A DNA stretch of 64,000 nucleotides, taken from assembly GCA_018648605.1 (NCBI GenBank), contig JABGQU010000001.1, forward strand, positions 3,390-67,389. The letters are read 5' to 3'. Below the pieces are notes generated by a model. That model worked only from the letters and a program-made list of their open reading frames with translations, was not told the DNA's origin and ran no database searches. Source of the DNA: Anaerolineae bacterium. GTDB taxonomy: Bacteria; Chloroflexota; Anaerolineae; Anaerolineales; Villigracilaceae. Position numbers and translations under genes: made by a program. This document shows, piece by piece, positions 34,208 through 42,651 of this stretch. The number at the start of each line of letters is the position of its first letter. Within the stretch, counting starts at the first letter, position 1.

Positions 34208-34236
34208 ATTCTAGCGACTAAGTGAAGCAGCGTCAA
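34208..34236 (-). promoter_or_regulatory. Sigma-70-type promoter of mgtE
   Basis: On the minus strand: TTGACG (34236-34231), a 17-nt spacer, then TAGAAT (34213-34208). This predicts a leader of about 145 nt. Confidence 0.5.
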
Positions 34237-34307
34237 GCTATTTGCGCATGGTAAAATTGTGGACTTTTATCTTACCCCATTAACTCATAGAAAAACGGAG
34301 TTTGTAC

Positions 34308-36275
34308 ATGAAACAAGCTGATCACATCTTTAAAAACGCTCTTATTCTTACAATGAATGAAAATCTCGATCAATATGATCGTGGCGCTATTGTTATCAGC
34401 GACGACAAGATCATTGCTGTAGGGCTTGAAGAGGAAATACTCGATACTTATGAAGCCGCTGATATGATCGACTGTGGTGGAAAAATCCTGATGCCTGGCT
34501 TGGTCAATGCGCACACTCATGTCCCGATGACGCTTTTGCGCGGTCTCGCTGATGATCTGCGTTTGGATGTCTGGCTAATGGGGTATATGATGCCTGTTGA
34601 GCGAGAATTCGTTACGCCTGAATTTGTCCGTTTGGGAACAAAACTTGCCTGCGCGGAACTGATCCGCAGCGGCGTGACCAGCTTTGCCGATATGTATTAC
34701 TTTGAAGACGATATTGCCGAAGTGACCGCCGAAGCCGGAATGCGTGCGCTCTGCGCTCAATCTGTAATGAAATTCCCTACGCCGGATTCTGCATCCTATG
34801 AAGATGCACTGGTTTATACACGCGCCTTTATCGAACGCTGGAAAGACCATCCCCTCATTGTGCCGGGTATTGCTCCTCACGCTCCCTATACGTGCACGCC
34901 TGAAATTCTGCAAGCCTGCGCCGCGCTGGCTGTTGAATATGATGTGCCCATTCACACGCATCTGGCTGAGACCAGCTTCGAAGTTGAGACTATGCGCGAG
35001 GCAGAGGGTATTCCTGTTATCCCTTATGTTAAAAAACAAAATCTTTTCGATGCAAAAGTGCTTGCCGCGCACTGTGTCCATATTGATACAGGCGAAATTC
35101 GCACCTTATCACACGCCGGAGCGGGCGTTGCGCATAACCCATCGTCGAATATGAAACTGGCTTCAGGTGTCGCGCCTGTGCAAAAGATGCTTGATGAGAA
35201 TGTTAGCGTTGGGATTGGCACGGATGGACCCGCTTCAAATAATGATCTCGACATGTTCAAGGAGATCCGCTTGGCGGCATTTATCGCAAAGGGATTTAGT
35301 GGCGACCCGACCGCCGTTCCAGCTGCTACCGCGCTAACAATGGCTACTCGTCTCGGGGCGCAGGCGCTTCACTTCGGAAATCTGACCGGGTCACTGGAAC
35401 CGGGCAAACGCGCCGACCTGATCTTGGTAGACATCTTCCAGACGCATAACGCGCCCCATTTCCGACGAGATCCGAATAATGCTTATGTTCAACTGGTTTA
35501 TGCTGCAAAAGCTACTGACGTCACCGATGTGATGATCAATGGTGCTTTCGTCATGCGAGAACGCGAACTACTCACGCTGGATGAAGTTGCGCTAATGAAA
35601 GAAGCCCAGATATATGCTGAAAAAATTGATGACTTCCTGCTTGAGCGTGAACAATCGCTTTTCTCGAAGCTGGTTGCTTTAGGCGGGTCAATGGAAGAGG
35701 AATCCTTCGAGGTGCAGACAAAGGTCAAGATTGCCTCGCAAGTTGACGTCCTAGCTGCGATAGCGGCTTCAGATCTCGAAATTATGCGTTCGCGCCGTTA
35801 TCGTGAATATGATGTTTACTTCTCCTTCGATGATCCATCTCAGGGGCGCATACGTTATCGTGAGGATGAATTCATTGATGCGAAGGGGGATGTTAAGGAT
35901 GTCCGTGCACGCCTGACGCTGATCGGGCAAGCTAGTAAAGAGGAGTTCAAAAAAGATGTGTTACTCTCACGCAGCCGCTACCTTGCGCCGGCAACCAATT
36001 CACTGCGTTTTTATCGGGAATACTTCAAGCCAATATCTGAACAGGTCATCCAAAAGGAACGTTTGCGCTGGCTTGTTAAATTCCAGGGGACAGAGTTTTT
36101 CATCAACTTTGACCAATTCGACAAACCCGACTTGGGCAACTTCCTAGAGATCAAGACGCGCACCTGGAGTCGCAGAGATGCTAAACGCAAGGCTGAACAG
36201 GCTTCAGAATTGCTCGAAAGCCTTAATCTTGGTGAACAAAAAACAATTACTGATGATTATATAGAGATAGTTTAA
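34308..36275 (+). CDS. mtaD: 5-methylthioadenosine/S-adenosylhomocysteine deaminase-like amidohydrolase fused to a C-terminal CYTH (class IV adenylate cyclase / triphosphate tunnel) domain
   Basis: N-terminal MPGLVNAHTHVPMTLLRGLADD, HLAET, HCVH and GTDG amidohydrolase motifs. The C-terminal 190 aa carry FEVQTKVK...RYRED...ARLTLIG...FFINFD...GNFLEIKTR, a CYTH-like pattern. ATG at 34308 with GGAG 7 nt upstream. Confidence 0.8.
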   Translation: MKQADHIFKNALILTMNENLDQYDRGAIVISDDKIIAVGLEEEILDTYEAADMIDCGGKILMPGLVNAHTHVPMTLLRGLADDLRLDVWLMGYMMPVEREFVTPEFVRLGTKLACAELIRSGVTSFADMYYFEDDIAEVTAEAGMRALCAQSVMKFPTPDSASYEDALVYTRAFIERWKDHPLIVPGIAPHAPYTCTPEILQACAALAVEYDVPIHTHLAETSFEVETMREAEGIPVIPYVKKQNLFDAKVLAAHCVHIDTGEIRTLSHAGAGVAHNPSSNMKLASGVAPVQKMLDENVSVGIGTDGPASNNDLDMFKEIRLAAFIAKGFSGDPTAVPAATALTMATRLGAQALHFGNLTGSLEPGKRADLILVDIFQTHNAPHFRRDPNNAYVQLVYAAKATDVTDVMINGAFVMRERELLTLDEVALMKEAQIYAEKIDDFLLEREQSLFSKLVALGGSMEEESFEVQTKVKIASQVDVLAAIAASDLEIMRSRRYREYDVYFSFDDPSQGRIRYREDEFIDAKGDVKDVRARLTLIGQASKEEFKKDVLLSRSRYLAPATNSLRFYREYFKPISEQVIQKERLRWLVKFQGTEFFINFDQFDKPDLGNFLEIKTRTWSRRDAKRKAEQASELLESLNLGEQKTITDDYIEIV

Positions 36276-36280
36276 AAAAG

Positions 36281-36310
36281 AATGCTCCCGCCAAGAGGTG
36301 GGAGCATTTT
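36281..36310 (+). terminator. Terminator-like hairpin directly upstream of the next gene's RBS
   Basis: AATGCTCCCGCC / GGTGGGAGCATT with one G-U pair and loop AAGA. Only a short T tail before AGGAGG. Confidence 0.45.
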
Positions 36311-36323
36311 AGGAGGTAGGCGA

Positions 36324-37529
36324 ATGGCTAATTTTCTAAAAGGTATTCTCAAATTCATCGCGACCTTGGCTGCAATGCTTTTTGTTATTACGTTGGTTCT
36401 GAGTTTCTTTTTATATAGTGTCGAAAATAGCGCTTTCAATGCAGAAACCTATAAAAAGGCACTCAAAGACGAAGGTATTTATGAGCGTCTTCCCGCTGTG
36501 CTGGGCGATCAATTGGTACTTATGGCAGCCGGTCAGGATTGCGAGGCAAACCCGGTTACATGTGGATTTGAAGAACGAAGCCCTGCGCTCGAATCTTGTC
36601 TTGAAGATGCACTTGGCAGCGAGGCATACCAAACCCTTGCTTTTAATGAACGGACTCCAACAGATGCAGAAATAGCAAGGATGACTCCTTGTTTTGATGC
36701 GCATGGCTATCCGGAGTTAGAAGGCGAAGGGAATGAGCAACTCGCGCTCTTCAAAAATCTGACGGCAAAAGATTGGGAGATTTTACTCACCGCTCTCTTG
36801 CCACAGAGTGAACTAGAAGCCTTTAGCGAAGAAAGCATGGACGCACTTTTTGATTTTCTGAATGGCAATGCCGAGAGTGTTCAAATCTCCACGTATAGAC
36901 TCAAAGAACAATTACTCAGCGAAAAAGGTGCGGATGCAGTATTTGCTTTCCTTGCCGCACAACCAGCCTGCACACTGGAAGATATGTTTGATATTGCGAC
37001 AACAGGAGAGCTTGTCTTTTGTAATCCGGCTGAAGAATCTTTGATTCTGGTAAGGCCGCTGATCGAAGCGCAACTTAAGGTTTTTGCGGAGAAAATTCCT
37101 GATACACAGACATTTCTACAAAATGCAAACTCAAATAGCCAATTTCTTGAAGTTCAATCTATACGCGTCTTTATTCGCTTAAGCCCCCTTGTGCCACTTG
37201 GTTTACTTTTTCTCATCACGATGCTTGTTGTGCGCTCCCTGCAAAGCTGGCTGCGTTGGTGGGGACTCCCTATGTTGATCGCGGGCGGCCTCGGGCTTAT
37301 ACTCAGCTTGCTCACAGGCCCGATCTTGCGCTCGGCTTTCAATATTATTTTTCTGGACAGAATCCCAATCGGGGTTTCTGGTAGTGTTATCGACTTGGGT
37401 TACGATCTCTTCATTTCTATTGCGCACAACTTCGTGGAAAATATGGCGCTATATTCTTTGATCACAGCTATTCTGGGATCAGGAATGCTGCTCGGCGCAT
37501 TTTTTGCAAAGAGGAAAGAGAATATTTAG
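36324..37529 (+). CDS. Hypothetical membrane protein (N-terminal anchor, large acidic extracytoplasmic domain, C-terminal multi-TM region)
   Basis: ATG at 36324 with AGGAGG upstream. 401 aa. No family recognised. Confidence 0.65.
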   Translation: MANFLKGILKFIATLAAMLFVITLVLSFFLYSVENSAFNAETYKKALKDEGIYERLPAVLGDQLVLMAAGQDCEANPVTCGFEERSPALESCLEDALGSEAYQTLAFNERTPTDAEIARMTPCFDAHGYPELEGEGNEQLALFKNLTAKDWEILLTALLPQSELEAFSEESMDALFDFLNGNAESVQISTYRLKEQLLSEKGADAVFAFLAAQPACTLEDMFDIATTGELVFCNPAEESLILVRPLIEAQLKVFAEKIPDTQTFLQNANSNSQFLEVQSIRVFIRLSPLVPLGLLFLITMLVVRSLQSWLRWWGLPMLIAGGLGLILSLLTGPILRSAFNIIFLDRIPIGVSGSVIDLGYDLFISIAHNFVENMALYSLITAILGSGMLLGAFFAKRKENI

Positions 37530-37647
37530 AAGACTGCCTGAAAAGCCTATGAGAAGCCCGAAAAGTTTCCTAAGAATATTTAAAGAAGAGATTTTGTCAT
37601 GCAGGTAAAAGAATCTTTTCGGACTAGTATTCGATAAAGCCTTTCGG

Positions 37648-37803
37648 GGTAACTACTCAGGTATGTCTGCGAGGAGAGTTTTTTCCGACGAAGCAATCTC
37701 CTCGACTGTTTTGGGGACTGGGACTGCCGCGTCGCACGAGTGCCCTTTAGGGTAAAAGCATGCTCCTCGCAGAGACATCTCTTGGGAAGACTGAGTAGTT
37801 ACC
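37648..37803. repeat. 156-bp element bounded by perfect 13-bp terminal inverted repeats (MITE-like element or structured small RNA)
   Basis: GGTAACTACTCAG (37648-37660) pairs with CTGAGTAGTTACC (37791-37803). A second arm, ATGTCTGCGAGGAG (37663-37676), pairs with CTCCTCGCAGAGACAT (37763-37778) apart from a 2-nt bulge. CCTTTCGG occurs directly at both outer borders (37640-37647 and 37802-37809). Confidence 0.6.
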
Positions 37804-37857
37804 TTTCGGATTTGGTTGCTAGAAACTTTTCAGCCAGCGCTAAGATAGCAGGTCACT

Positions 37858-38130
37858 TTATTCGGGATGGCGGCGAATATACGCGGCTACAAAAGAGCAA
37901 AGCGGCAAAACCTTGTAGTCTTGTTCTCGGGCGTAATCCAGCCCGGCGCGGACGATCAGACTTCCGATGCCATTCCCTTCCAATTCGGAGGGGACGCCGG
38001 TATGCGTAAAGGCAATCGTCTTTTTGCGCAGACGATAGTCTAAAACGGCTAAATGCGCGTCTGTTTTTATCTCGAAGCGAGCAGCATCTTGATTGTGAAC
38101 AACATTTAGTGTATTTCTGTCTATTTTCAT
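37858..38130 (-). CDS. Small GNAT-family N-acetyltransferase (YjdJ-like, single-domain)
   Basis: 90 aa. F.HT.VP..L.G.GIGS.L+ pattern with a C-terminal CSFV..Y. Confidence 0.75.
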   Translation of the reverse strand: MKIDRNTLNVVHNQDAARFEIKTDAHLAVLDYRLRKKTIAFTHTGVPSELEGNGIGSLIVRAGLDYAREQDYKVLPLCSFVAAYIRRHPE

Positions 38131-38198
38131 TTTGAACTCCTTTTATTTACAACTATACTATTGGAAGCGCCAAATTTCTAAATTCTTACGGAGGAAAG

Positions 38199-38672
38199 AT
38201 GCCCTTGAGTTCGTCCGCACAAAAAGTGCAAGATGCTTTGAAAAATCTCGGTTACCACTATGAGGTAATTGAAGATTCTGAAAGCACGCGTACCGCTGAA
38301 GAAGCTGCCGCGCGTGTGGGGTGTGAAGTCGGACAAATCGTTAAATCGCTGATCTTTCAGGGGAAGAAAAGCGGAAAAGCAATTTTGATCTTGACCAGCG
38401 GCGCGAATCGGGTGGATGTTAAACGGATCAAAGTACACGCCGAGGAGAAGATCGGGCGCGCCGACCCTGCCTTTGTCCGCGAGCGTACCGGATTCGCCAT
38501 CGGTGGAATCCCTCCGCTTGGACATCTACATCCTATCGAAACATACCTGGACGAGGACTTGCTCCGCTTCGAGGATGTTTGGGCGGCTGGTGGAACACCG
38601 AATGCGGTCTTTAAAATGGACGCGAAAGAGCTCGAGAAAATGACCGGCGGTAAAGTAATTATTGTAAAATGA
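38199..38672 (+). CDS. YbaK/EbsC-type aminoacyl-tRNA editing domain protein
   Basis: 157 aa. IVKSLIF..., GGIPPLGH motif. SD GGAGGA upstream. Confidence 0.8.
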   Translation: MPLSSSAQKVQDALKNLGYHYEVIEDSESTRTAEEAAARVGCEVGQIVKSLIFQGKKSGKAILILTSGANRVDVKRIKVHAEEKIGRADPAFVRERTGFAIGGIPPLGHLHPIETYLDEDLLRFEDVWAAGGTPNAVFKMDAKELEKMTGGKVIIVK

Positions 38673-38721
38673 GAAAAAAATTCGCAGTTTGCTAAACGGT
38701 AAATAAATTTGTGAGGTATAG

Positions 38722-39960
38722 ATGGAAAACTTTAACGAAATGCTTGAAAAATACGCCGAATTGATCGTAAAAGTTGGTTTGAATTTGCAAAAGGGGCAAC
38801 GCCTGCACATCTCAGCTGACACAAATACAGCTGAGCTAACCCACCAGGTAGCCGCAAAAGCCTATCAAAATGGCTGTCCACTGGTAACTGTCTTGTGGGG
38901 AGACGAAGATTTGCGCAAGATCAGACATCAATATGCCCCACGCGATTCCTTTGAAGAGTTCCCTGCCTGGGTCACTGACGGGCAAATGAGAGATGCCAAA
39001 CGCGGCGACGCCTATCTCTCTATTACCGGGCGCGATCCGGAGCTGCTCGCGGGACAAGATCCTGATCTTGTTGCTCTCGAACTTAAAACCATTGCCAAGC
39101 ATTTTAAGCCTGTCAGCGAGTATGTAACGAATGGTGCTAACCAGTGGACGGTCGTCTGCCCTCCCACGCCAAAATGGGCCGCAAAAATATTTCCCGATGC
39201 CGCACCTGGCGAAGCCGAAGAAAAACTCTGGAAAACACTCTTCGCTCTCTGTCGTCTGGATAATGATGACCCCGTTACCGTTTGGCGCAATCATTTGGAA
39301 GATCTAGAGAAACGCCAGGTATACCTAACAGAAAAACAAATCGCCACGATCCATTTTCACGGTGCTGGCACCGATCTGAAAGTCGGGATGCCTGACAACC
39401 ATATCTGGAAAGGCGGCAGAAGCAAAACAAAGGGCGGGGTAGTCTACACCCCTAATATTCCTACCGAAGAAGTTTTCTGTATGCCGCATAAATACAAAGT
39501 AGATGGCACAGTCCAGTCATCGAAGCCACTTAATTATTTTGGCAACTTGATCGATAACTTTTCCATTACTTTCTCAGAAGGACGCGTGGTTGATTTCAAA
39601 GCCGAAAAAGGGGAAGACACGCTACAAAAAATGCTCGAATCGGATGAGGGCGCCAGCTATCTTGGCGAAGTTGCCCTCGTACCGCACAAATCGCCAATCT
39701 CAGAATCTAACCTGGTCTTCCTCAACACTCTTTACGATGAGAATGCCGCCTGTCATGTCGCCCTTGGCAGCGCCTATAAAGAAAATATTCAGGGTGGCAC
39801 TGAAATGAGTGACGAAGAAGCAGATGCAGCAGGTGTAAACAAAAGCCTGATCCACGTCGATTTTATGATCGGTTCTGATCAAGTGGATGTAGACGGGATC
39901 ATGCCTGATGGAAGCGTGCTTCCGTTAATTAAAAACGGAGATTGGGCTTTTAACGCTTAA
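38722..39960 (+). CDS. M29 family aminopeptidase (AmpS/PepS/aminopeptidase T type)
   Basis: 412 aa. N-terminal YAELIVKVGLNLQKGQ, C-terminal LYDENAACHVALG and HVDFMIG motifs. Confidence 0.85.
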   Translation: MENFNEMLEKYAELIVKVGLNLQKGQRLHISADTNTAELTHQVAAKAYQNGCPLVTVLWGDEDLRKIRHQYAPRDSFEEFPAWVTDGQMRDAKRGDAYLSITGRDPELLAGQDPDLVALELKTIAKHFKPVSEYVTNGANQWTVVCPPTPKWAAKIFPDAAPGEAEEKLWKTLFALCRLDNDDPVTVWRNHLEDLEKRQVYLTEKQIATIHFHGAGTDLKVGMPDNHIWKGGRSKTKGGVVYTPNIPTEEVFCMPHKYKVDGTVQSSKPLNYFGNLIDNFSITFSEGRVVDFKAEKGEDTLQKMLESDEGASYLGEVALVPHKSPISESNLVFLNTLYDENAACHVALGSAYKENIQGGTEMSDEEADAAGVNKSLIHVDFMIGSDQVDVDGIMPDGSVLPLIKNGDWAFNA

Positions 39961-40002
39961 TCGTTAAAACGAAACCTTTAGTAATCTCACGAAAGGAAAA
40001 AT

Positions 40003-40263
40003 ATGACCGAAGAATATTCACGCACAGAAGAGTTTGAGTTCAGCGGCGACACATTGGTCGCCAAGATCAAAGAACTTCTCCACGAAGGAAATATCAGGCG
40101 CATCATCATCAAAAATGAAGACGGGCGCATCCTGATCGACATCCCCCTCAGCGTCGGGATATTGGGCACGCTTGTCGCACCACAACTTGCCGCGCTAGGT
40201 GCTATTGCCGCACTCGTCACACGCGGCACAATTATTGTGGAGAAGGCTCAAAAGGAGGACTAA
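40003..40263 (+). CDS. DUF4342 domain protein
   Basis: 86 aa. LVAKIKELLHEGNIRRIIIKNEDGRILIDIPL is characteristic of DUF4342. Confidence 0.7.
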   Translation: MTEEYSRTEEFEFSGDTLVAKIKELLHEGNIRRIIIKNEDGRILIDIPLSVGILGTLVAPQLAALGAIAALVTRGTIIVEKAQKED

Positions 40264-40264
40264 A

Positions 40265-40543
40265 ATGAAAAAGACCACAACGATCATTGCTGTGGTGCTT
40301 CTACTTAATATACTCATCCTTGCACTCACCATTGGAGATTTTCTTGCGCTGCACGACATTCAAAATGACTATGTCAGTGCAGAAGTTTTGAGTACGTTCG
40401 AAATCACCACATCTGCGCCCCTCCCTGAGTGGACGCAAGCTCCCGGAGAATGGTTGATGGTAACCACCAGCTTTGTTGCGCGCCTAATTACCATTCCCCT
40501 CACGATCCTTCTGCTTTGGTGGCTACGCAAAAAAGAAGGTTAA
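40265..40543 (+). CDS. Small membrane protein (hypothetical)
   Basis: The ATG at 40265 immediately follows the DUF4342 stop. 92 aa with N- and C-terminal TM helices. The track ORF 40199.. is an upstream extension overlapping the previous gene. Confidence 0.5.
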   Translation: MKKTTTIIAVVLLLNILILALTIGDFLALHDIQNDYVSAEVLSTFEITTSAPLPEWTQAPGEWLMVTTSFVARLITIPLTILLLWWLRKKEG

Positions 40544-40653
40544 TCTCCACCAACAGGCATATTGTTTATACAGATAAGGTATGTAAAAATAACATCAAAT
40601 TTCACAAAAGAAATGATGGCATTTGCCATCATTTCTGCTTAGGAGGATACTGT

Positions 40654-41139
40654 ATGCTCAAAAGCAAAATATTATTATCGATCAGCATCTTATTTATCTT
40701 CGTTTTGGCTTGTAGCATCGGCCTCCCCGCGCCTGCTTCTCCTGGTGGAGGGAACCCAAGCAATATCGCAACATCCGTTGCAGCCACCTTGCAAGCAAAG
40801 GGTCAAGCGCCGCTTGGCGGAGCACCATCTACCGCACCCCCGCCCCAAAATCCAACGAGACCTCCACCAACGATAGCTTTCACGTCTACCCCTTCTGTTC
40901 CAATGATCAGCGTCAGTGTAGACACACATTGTCGCTCAGGTCCTGGACAAGGATACGAATCCCTTGGTGCACTCACAGTCGGCAAAAAAGCGGAAGTTGT
41001 GGGTAAAAGAACATCCCACGAATATTGGATCATCAAAAACCCTGATAAGAATGGGGAATGCTGGCTTTGGGGATATTATGCAACTGTAACGGGTGATACA
41101 AGCGGTCTGCCAGAATACAGTATCCCGCCGGTGCCTTAG
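40654..41139 (+). CDS. Secreted lipoprotein: signal/lipobox, Pro-rich linker, SH3b-like domain
   Basis: AGGAGG lies 7 nt upstream of the ATG at 40654. Lipobox VLAC. Domain ISVSVDTHCRSGPGQGYESLGALTVGKKAEVVGK...YWIIKNPDKNGECWLWGYY. Confidence 0.7.
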   Translation: MLKSKILLSISILFIFVLACSIGLPAPASPGGGNPSNIATSVAATLQAKGQAPLGGAPSTAPPPQNPTRPPPTIAFTSTPSVPMISVSVDTHCRSGPGQGYESLGALTVGKKAEVVGKRTSHEYWIIKNPDKNGECWLWGYYATVTGDTSGLPEYSIPPVP

Positions 41140-41275
41140 CGACTACTCTTTATATCGGCAGGGTATATTCAGCCGCATCTTCTTATTATGCACACGCTAG
41201 GTCTGCCTCTACGGCAACCATAATTGTTTGTTACCAAGACACCCGCTTCATATTATTACAGATCGAGAGATATAC

Positions 41276-42049
41276 ATGTTTAATAAGAAAATTCTTTTTC
41301 TACTCAGCACATCACTCATCCTCATTCTTGCATGTAGCATCGACATCAACACGGCAGTGCCTACAGAAGTGCCTGTCGGTAACGCCGTGGCTACATCGGT
41401 TGCGGCAACCCTACAGGCAAATGCAGCCATCCCAAACCCCATATCAGCGCCAACGCAACCTCCGCCACCTCCAGCAGTTTTTACCCCCACAGTAGTGCTT
41501 AGTCCAACACCTTCTGTGCCAATAGCCAGCGTCAGTGTTGATACCAACTGTCGTACAGGTCCCGGACAGGACTATGAGATCATTGGCGCGCTCACCGTCG
41601 GTGAAAAAGCAGAGATTGTCGGCAAAAGAACATCCCACGAATACTGGGTTATCAAAAACCCGGACAGGAACGGTGAATGCTGGCTCTGGGGGTATTATGC
41701 AATGGTTGCCGGCGATACAAGCAGTCTGAGAGAATACGACATCCCTGAACCTCCGCTGCCTAGCCCACCAAACGCACCGTCGAATCTTGCAGCGGCGGTC
41801 GTCTGCGTGGCAGGCCCGCCACCGAACTTTATGGCAACCATTAACCTGATCTGGACAGATAATTCTGATGATGAAACTCGTTTTAATTTTTATGTGAACG
41901 GTATCTTGGGCGGGGCTTTTCTTGCAGACCAAACACAAGAAAATTTCAATCTCCCAGTTACAGGTGGTGCCCCTGCTATAATCGGACTATCAGCTTTCAA
42001 TGATATCGGAGAGTCTGATATACAAACAATACAGGTAGAATGTCCATAA
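41276..42049 (+). CDS. Secreted lipoprotein paralogue: lipobox, linker, SH3b-like domain, Fn3-like domain
   Basis: Lipobox ILAC. The SH3b-like segment is about 80 percent identical in DNA to the previous gene by eye. The C-terminal module INLIWTDNSDDETRFNFYVNG... is bracketed by Cys residues. Confidence 0.7.
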   Translation: MFNKKILFLLSTSLILILACSIDINTAVPTEVPVGNAVATSVAATLQANAAIPNPISAPTQPPPPPAVFTPTVVLSPTPSVPIASVSVDTNCRTGPGQDYEIIGALTVGEKAEIVGKRTSHEYWVIKNPDRNGECWLWGYYAMVAGDTSSLREYDIPEPPLPSPPNAPSNLAAAVVCVAGPPPNFMATINLIWTDNSDDETRFNFYVNGILGGAFLADQTQENFNLPVTGGAPAIIGLSAFNDIGESDIQTIQVECP

Positions 42050-42585
42050 TGAAAAAAAACTTATTCTCGATCTTTATCTTGCTCATTGTTTTTACACTGG
42101 GCGCTTGTAACTTGCCAACATCTTCTGACACGGGCTTAAGCCTCGAAGAACAGGCAGGCACACTCGCCGCGCAAACGCTGGCATCAAACCAAGCGCAGCA
42201 ACCAACCGAGACGCGCGTCCCGGCAAATACGCCGACCAGCATTCCCTTACCAACAATGACGCCCTCACCGGAAGTTTCCCCAACCCCAACGCAAAAGTTG
42301 AGCGTTCCTGCTAAACCGAGTCTGCAAAAATATGACTTTTTTTGCTCTTGGAATGGCGCCAATAACGACCTGAGTATCACTATCCAATGGATAGATAAAG
42401 CTAACAACGAAAGTGGTTATTATATTTACCGCAATAGCCAACAGATCGCCGATCTCAGCGCAAATAGTGCTGTTTATGTCGATCTTTTTGCTGTAGATGG
42501 AGGTGTGTCTGTCAATTACGGCATCGAAGCCTACAATAACCTTAGCAGATCAGATCAGGCAACTTTTACGGTGTCTTGCCAGTAG
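42049..42585 (+). CDS. Secreted lipoprotein: lipobox, linker, Fn3-like domain
   Basis: The ATG at 42049 overlaps the upstream stop (TAATG); an alternative start is at 42040. Lipobox LGAC. Module SITIQWIDKANNESGYYIYRNSQQI... is bracketed by Cys residues. Confidence 0.7.
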   Translation: MKKNLFSIFILLIVFTLGACNLPTSSDTGLSLEEQAGTLAAQTLASNQAQQPTETRVPANTPTSIPLPTMTPSPEVSPTPTQKLSVPAKPSLQKYDFFCSWNGANNDLSITIQWIDKANNESGYYIYRNSQQIADLSANSAVYVDLFAVDGGVSVNYGIEAYNNLSRSDQATFTVSCQ

Positions 42586-42592
42586 AAATAGA

Positions 42593-42631
42593 AAATCCGC
42601 GCTCCCTCATAAGGGAACGCGGATTTATTTT
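42593..42631 (+). terminator. Intrinsic terminator between convergent genes
   Basis: AAATCCGCGCTCCC / GGGAACGCGGATTT stem (one mismatch), loop TCATAA, then ATTTTGTT. Confidence 0.75.
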
Positions 42632-42651
42632 GTTATTCAAAAGGCTTATTG

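Noticed and set aside
40199-40653. N-terminal extensions of the track ORFs 40199..40543 and 40429..41139. The same applies to 41228.., 46623.., 47788.., 44562 and 63938.
   Set aside because: The extensions overlap upstream genes or lack an RBS. Internal ATGs give proper signal peptides or known N-termini with SD sequences or stop-start coupling.
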